DNA from: Calcarisporiella thermophila CBS 279.70
Taxonomy: Eukaryota > Fungi > Calcarisporiellomycota
Direction: 5' to 3'
Length of the DNA: 64,000 nt
Assembly: GCF_041956535.1 (NCBI RefSeq)
Contig: NW_027192195.1
Coordinates: 242,336-306,335, forward strand
Position numbers and translations under genes: made by a program. Positions 61,747 through 64,000 of the stretch are shown here, one piece after another; the stretch's first letter is position 1; each line of letters begins with the position of its first letter. The notes beneath the pieces are model-generated. The model was not told where the DNA came from and ran no database searches. It saw only the letters and a program-made list of their open reading frames with translations.

Positions 61747-61754
61747 TATAAATA
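61747..61754 (+). promoter_or_regulatory. Candidate TATA box upstream of the C2H2 transcription factor gene
   Basis: TATAAATA followed by a ~500-nt pyrimidine-rich leader before ATG 62259. Confidence 0.35.
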
Positions 61755-62258
61755 CCGTCCTCACTTAGGACGCGTCTCACCTCCCTCGATCGATTTCTCT
61801 CGGCTATGGTCTAACCGCTTTCTGGGCTCTCCACATATTTGCGCATCTGTGTTTCTCCCCCTCCTCTCTTCCCCCTTCTGGTGCTCGTCCGCTTTCTGTT
61901 TATCTTTTATTTCATATCATTTTTTTTTCCCAGCCAACTGCTCCCCCCCTTGCAATAGGAAACTTTTTTTTGGGTCTCGCATTTATTGACGTTTATTTTT
62001 TTACAAAATCGTATTTATATTCCTTGCTTGGGCCGATTTTTTCTTTGCATATCCCCTCTCCCCTTCCCTCCTCCCCTCCTCTTTATCTCTTCTTGGCTCT
62101 CCTCTAGCTCTCCCATCCGTTATATTGTGGACTGTCGTTCCTCCCTCCTCCCACCCCCCCCCCCCTCGCGCCTAATATATCCAACCCATTAATTATACCC
62201 GCTAGCCTATTTATATGTCGTTTAGCTTGTATCTCATTTGTTTTTGAAAAAAATTATA

Positions 62259-63502
62259 ATGCTTTGTGAAGCTATTGCTCCCGCCTTCTTATCTACCTGG
62301 TCTTCTTTCGAACAGCCTTCCTTTGAGGATATTATCGCCGTGAAACACACCCCTTCCATGGACTATCCCACGTCTACTGCTGACCTACCGAGTGCACCCG
62401 TTTTGGAGAGTTGGGGCGGGGATTATACAGAGGGGCCGCCGATGCCGCCAGAAGGTTTTCTGGCCACCACATCCAGTGAACGGGCGGACCAGGCAACGTA
62501 TGGTGCGGGAGGAGACCTGTGGTCCATGCAAATGCCATGCTTGCCCTATTCTGTGCCAGTATCACACTATGCCGCAGGCACCTATCCATCCACTCAGCCA
62601 GCCTCGTTCAGGCAGATGATGGAAACACCCGACGGTGGTATAAGCGATCTCCCCTCAACTCCCCAAGACTCTCTCTCGCCCATCCAAAGCCTACAGCAGC
62701 AGCAGCATCGGCAGCCACAGCCGCAACACCCCCCAACCAGCGATCACACTCTTCTTGAAGATGTTCCTACCGTGCCGAGCACACCTTCCTCCACCAGCTC
62801 CTGGGCCCCTCCTTTGGTTCCATCCCAAATAACTCCACCCTCCCAGGTCACCCCTCCCGCCCATCCACATCTCTTCGATCCTTCTCAGCCCCCCATCACT
62901 CCGACCCGCACTGAATCCGATCCATTCACCGGAGGCCCCGACCCATCCCCCTACCTTACCCCCCCGACCCCTTGGACGCTTGCACCCCCTCCCTCCTTCT
63001 CTCCTTTCCCGGCCGCCCCCTTTCAGCCCCCACCAAGCTGGGATTCGCCCGCCCTTGGGTACGGGATCGCGTTCGGACCGCTAAGCGGGTCACCATTTCC
63101 TATGCCACTGGCATATCACTACCGAATCCCCGTGGTGGAGCGCCCGTTCAAGTGTGACCGCTGCCTTCAGAGTTTCCATCGAAACCACGACCTGAAGCGC
63201 CATGAGAAGATCCATCTCTCGGTCAAACCCTTTAACTGTGATGTGTGTCGAAAGCAGTTCTCTCGAAAGGTAAGCTAGGATGCCACGTCCCAGCATCAAG
63301 CTACTTGTTCCCCCGTCACCAAAGGAGCTGACCCTTATTAATTTACTTTTAGGATGCGCTTAAGCGCCATCTAATGGTGAAAAAGTGCGGACGGACACCT
63401 GCAAGTTCGCCCAAAGAGGTGGAAACCCCTGCAAAACAGGTGGAGAAGAAAAAAGTGGACGCGGAGGTCAAGGAGGAGAAGCCAAAAGACGTTGAAGAGT
63501 AA
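62259..63502 (+). CDS. C2H2 zinc-finger transcription factor, 2 exons
   Basis: Pro/Ser-rich N-terminus; RPFKCDRC..SF.RNHDLKRHEKIH; KPFNCDVC.KQFSRK|DALKRHL...C across intron 63270-63352. Confidence 0.92.
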
Positions 63503-64000
63503 AAAAAAAAAAGAAAACATATCAGTATATATCTGTCTATATCTATACAAATATCTACACATATCTATTTTCTATGCGACTCATTTCTATTGTTGCTATC
63601 CTATTCCCCCCCCCTCCTTTTGTGCTGGCCACATCGTTTTGATGTAGAACTCTTTTACCCCTCTTATGTTTCTTTCTCGTTAGGATTGTTCGTGAGCGGA
63701 GGGTGTGAGATAGTCGTATACCTTATCTAATTTGAACTTTTGGCGTTCTTATTTACTATGTATGAATATTATGTTTTATTGCTGTATTATAGCTTTAAAA
63801 AGCATCCTACATCCTTAATGTTTCGCTTTTTTTTTTTCCCCCCAATAAACCAGGCTATTCAATCTACCTGGAAGCAGGCTGTCGAAACCGGATGACGTGA
63901 ATATGAGAATCAATACATCTCGATGGGCCGAATAGGACTCGCCACACGCTCCGCGCCAGCTTCCATCCAGGATATTAACGGATTCCCATATGAGTTAAAT

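Noticed and set aside
60300-62200. Short ORFs upstream of the C2H2 gene
   Set aside because: Low-complexity, no coding signature; more consistent with promoter and long 5' leader
1-64000. CRISPR arrays, prophage, operons, rRNA, intact transposons
   Set aside because: None seen; sequence is intron-containing fungal nuclear DNA with no repeat-spacer arrays or transposase/RT ORFs

Overview
Gene-dense eukaryotic DNA from an early-diverging fungus (most likely Mucoromycota-like; this is inferred from gene content, short mostly GT-AG introns and retention of 'animal-like' genes such as SPRTN and an FBXO31-like F-box). About 30 protein-coding genes can be reconstructed: a GPI-anchored zinc metalloprotease, CHS7, a paxillin-like LIM protein, a GATA factor, a SAM methyltransferase, SDH2, an RtcB RNA ligase, a Reeler-like secreted protein, NSE1, DCD1, NVJ2/TEX2, a short COG7, EAF3, RSE1, METTL26/DUF938, a GDS1-like winged-helix protein, NoxR, AzgA, a 7TM receptor-like protein, RFC5, SPRTN, an F-box protein, MRPS16, a PUF protein, malic enzyme, signal peptide peptidase and a C2H2 factor, plus tRNA-Ile(AAT). 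The most unusual item is an intron-containing, catalytically intact RtcB of the bacterial 'release factor H-coupled' (RtcB2-like) type fused to an N-terminal KHA/ubiquitin-like domain and flanked by two small secreted-protein genes. Second is a structured tRNA-like Pol III element next to tRNA-Ile, with a possible diverged partial copy about 1.6 kb downstream. All family calls come from motif recognition by eye and exon boundaries were inferred manually; no searches were run.
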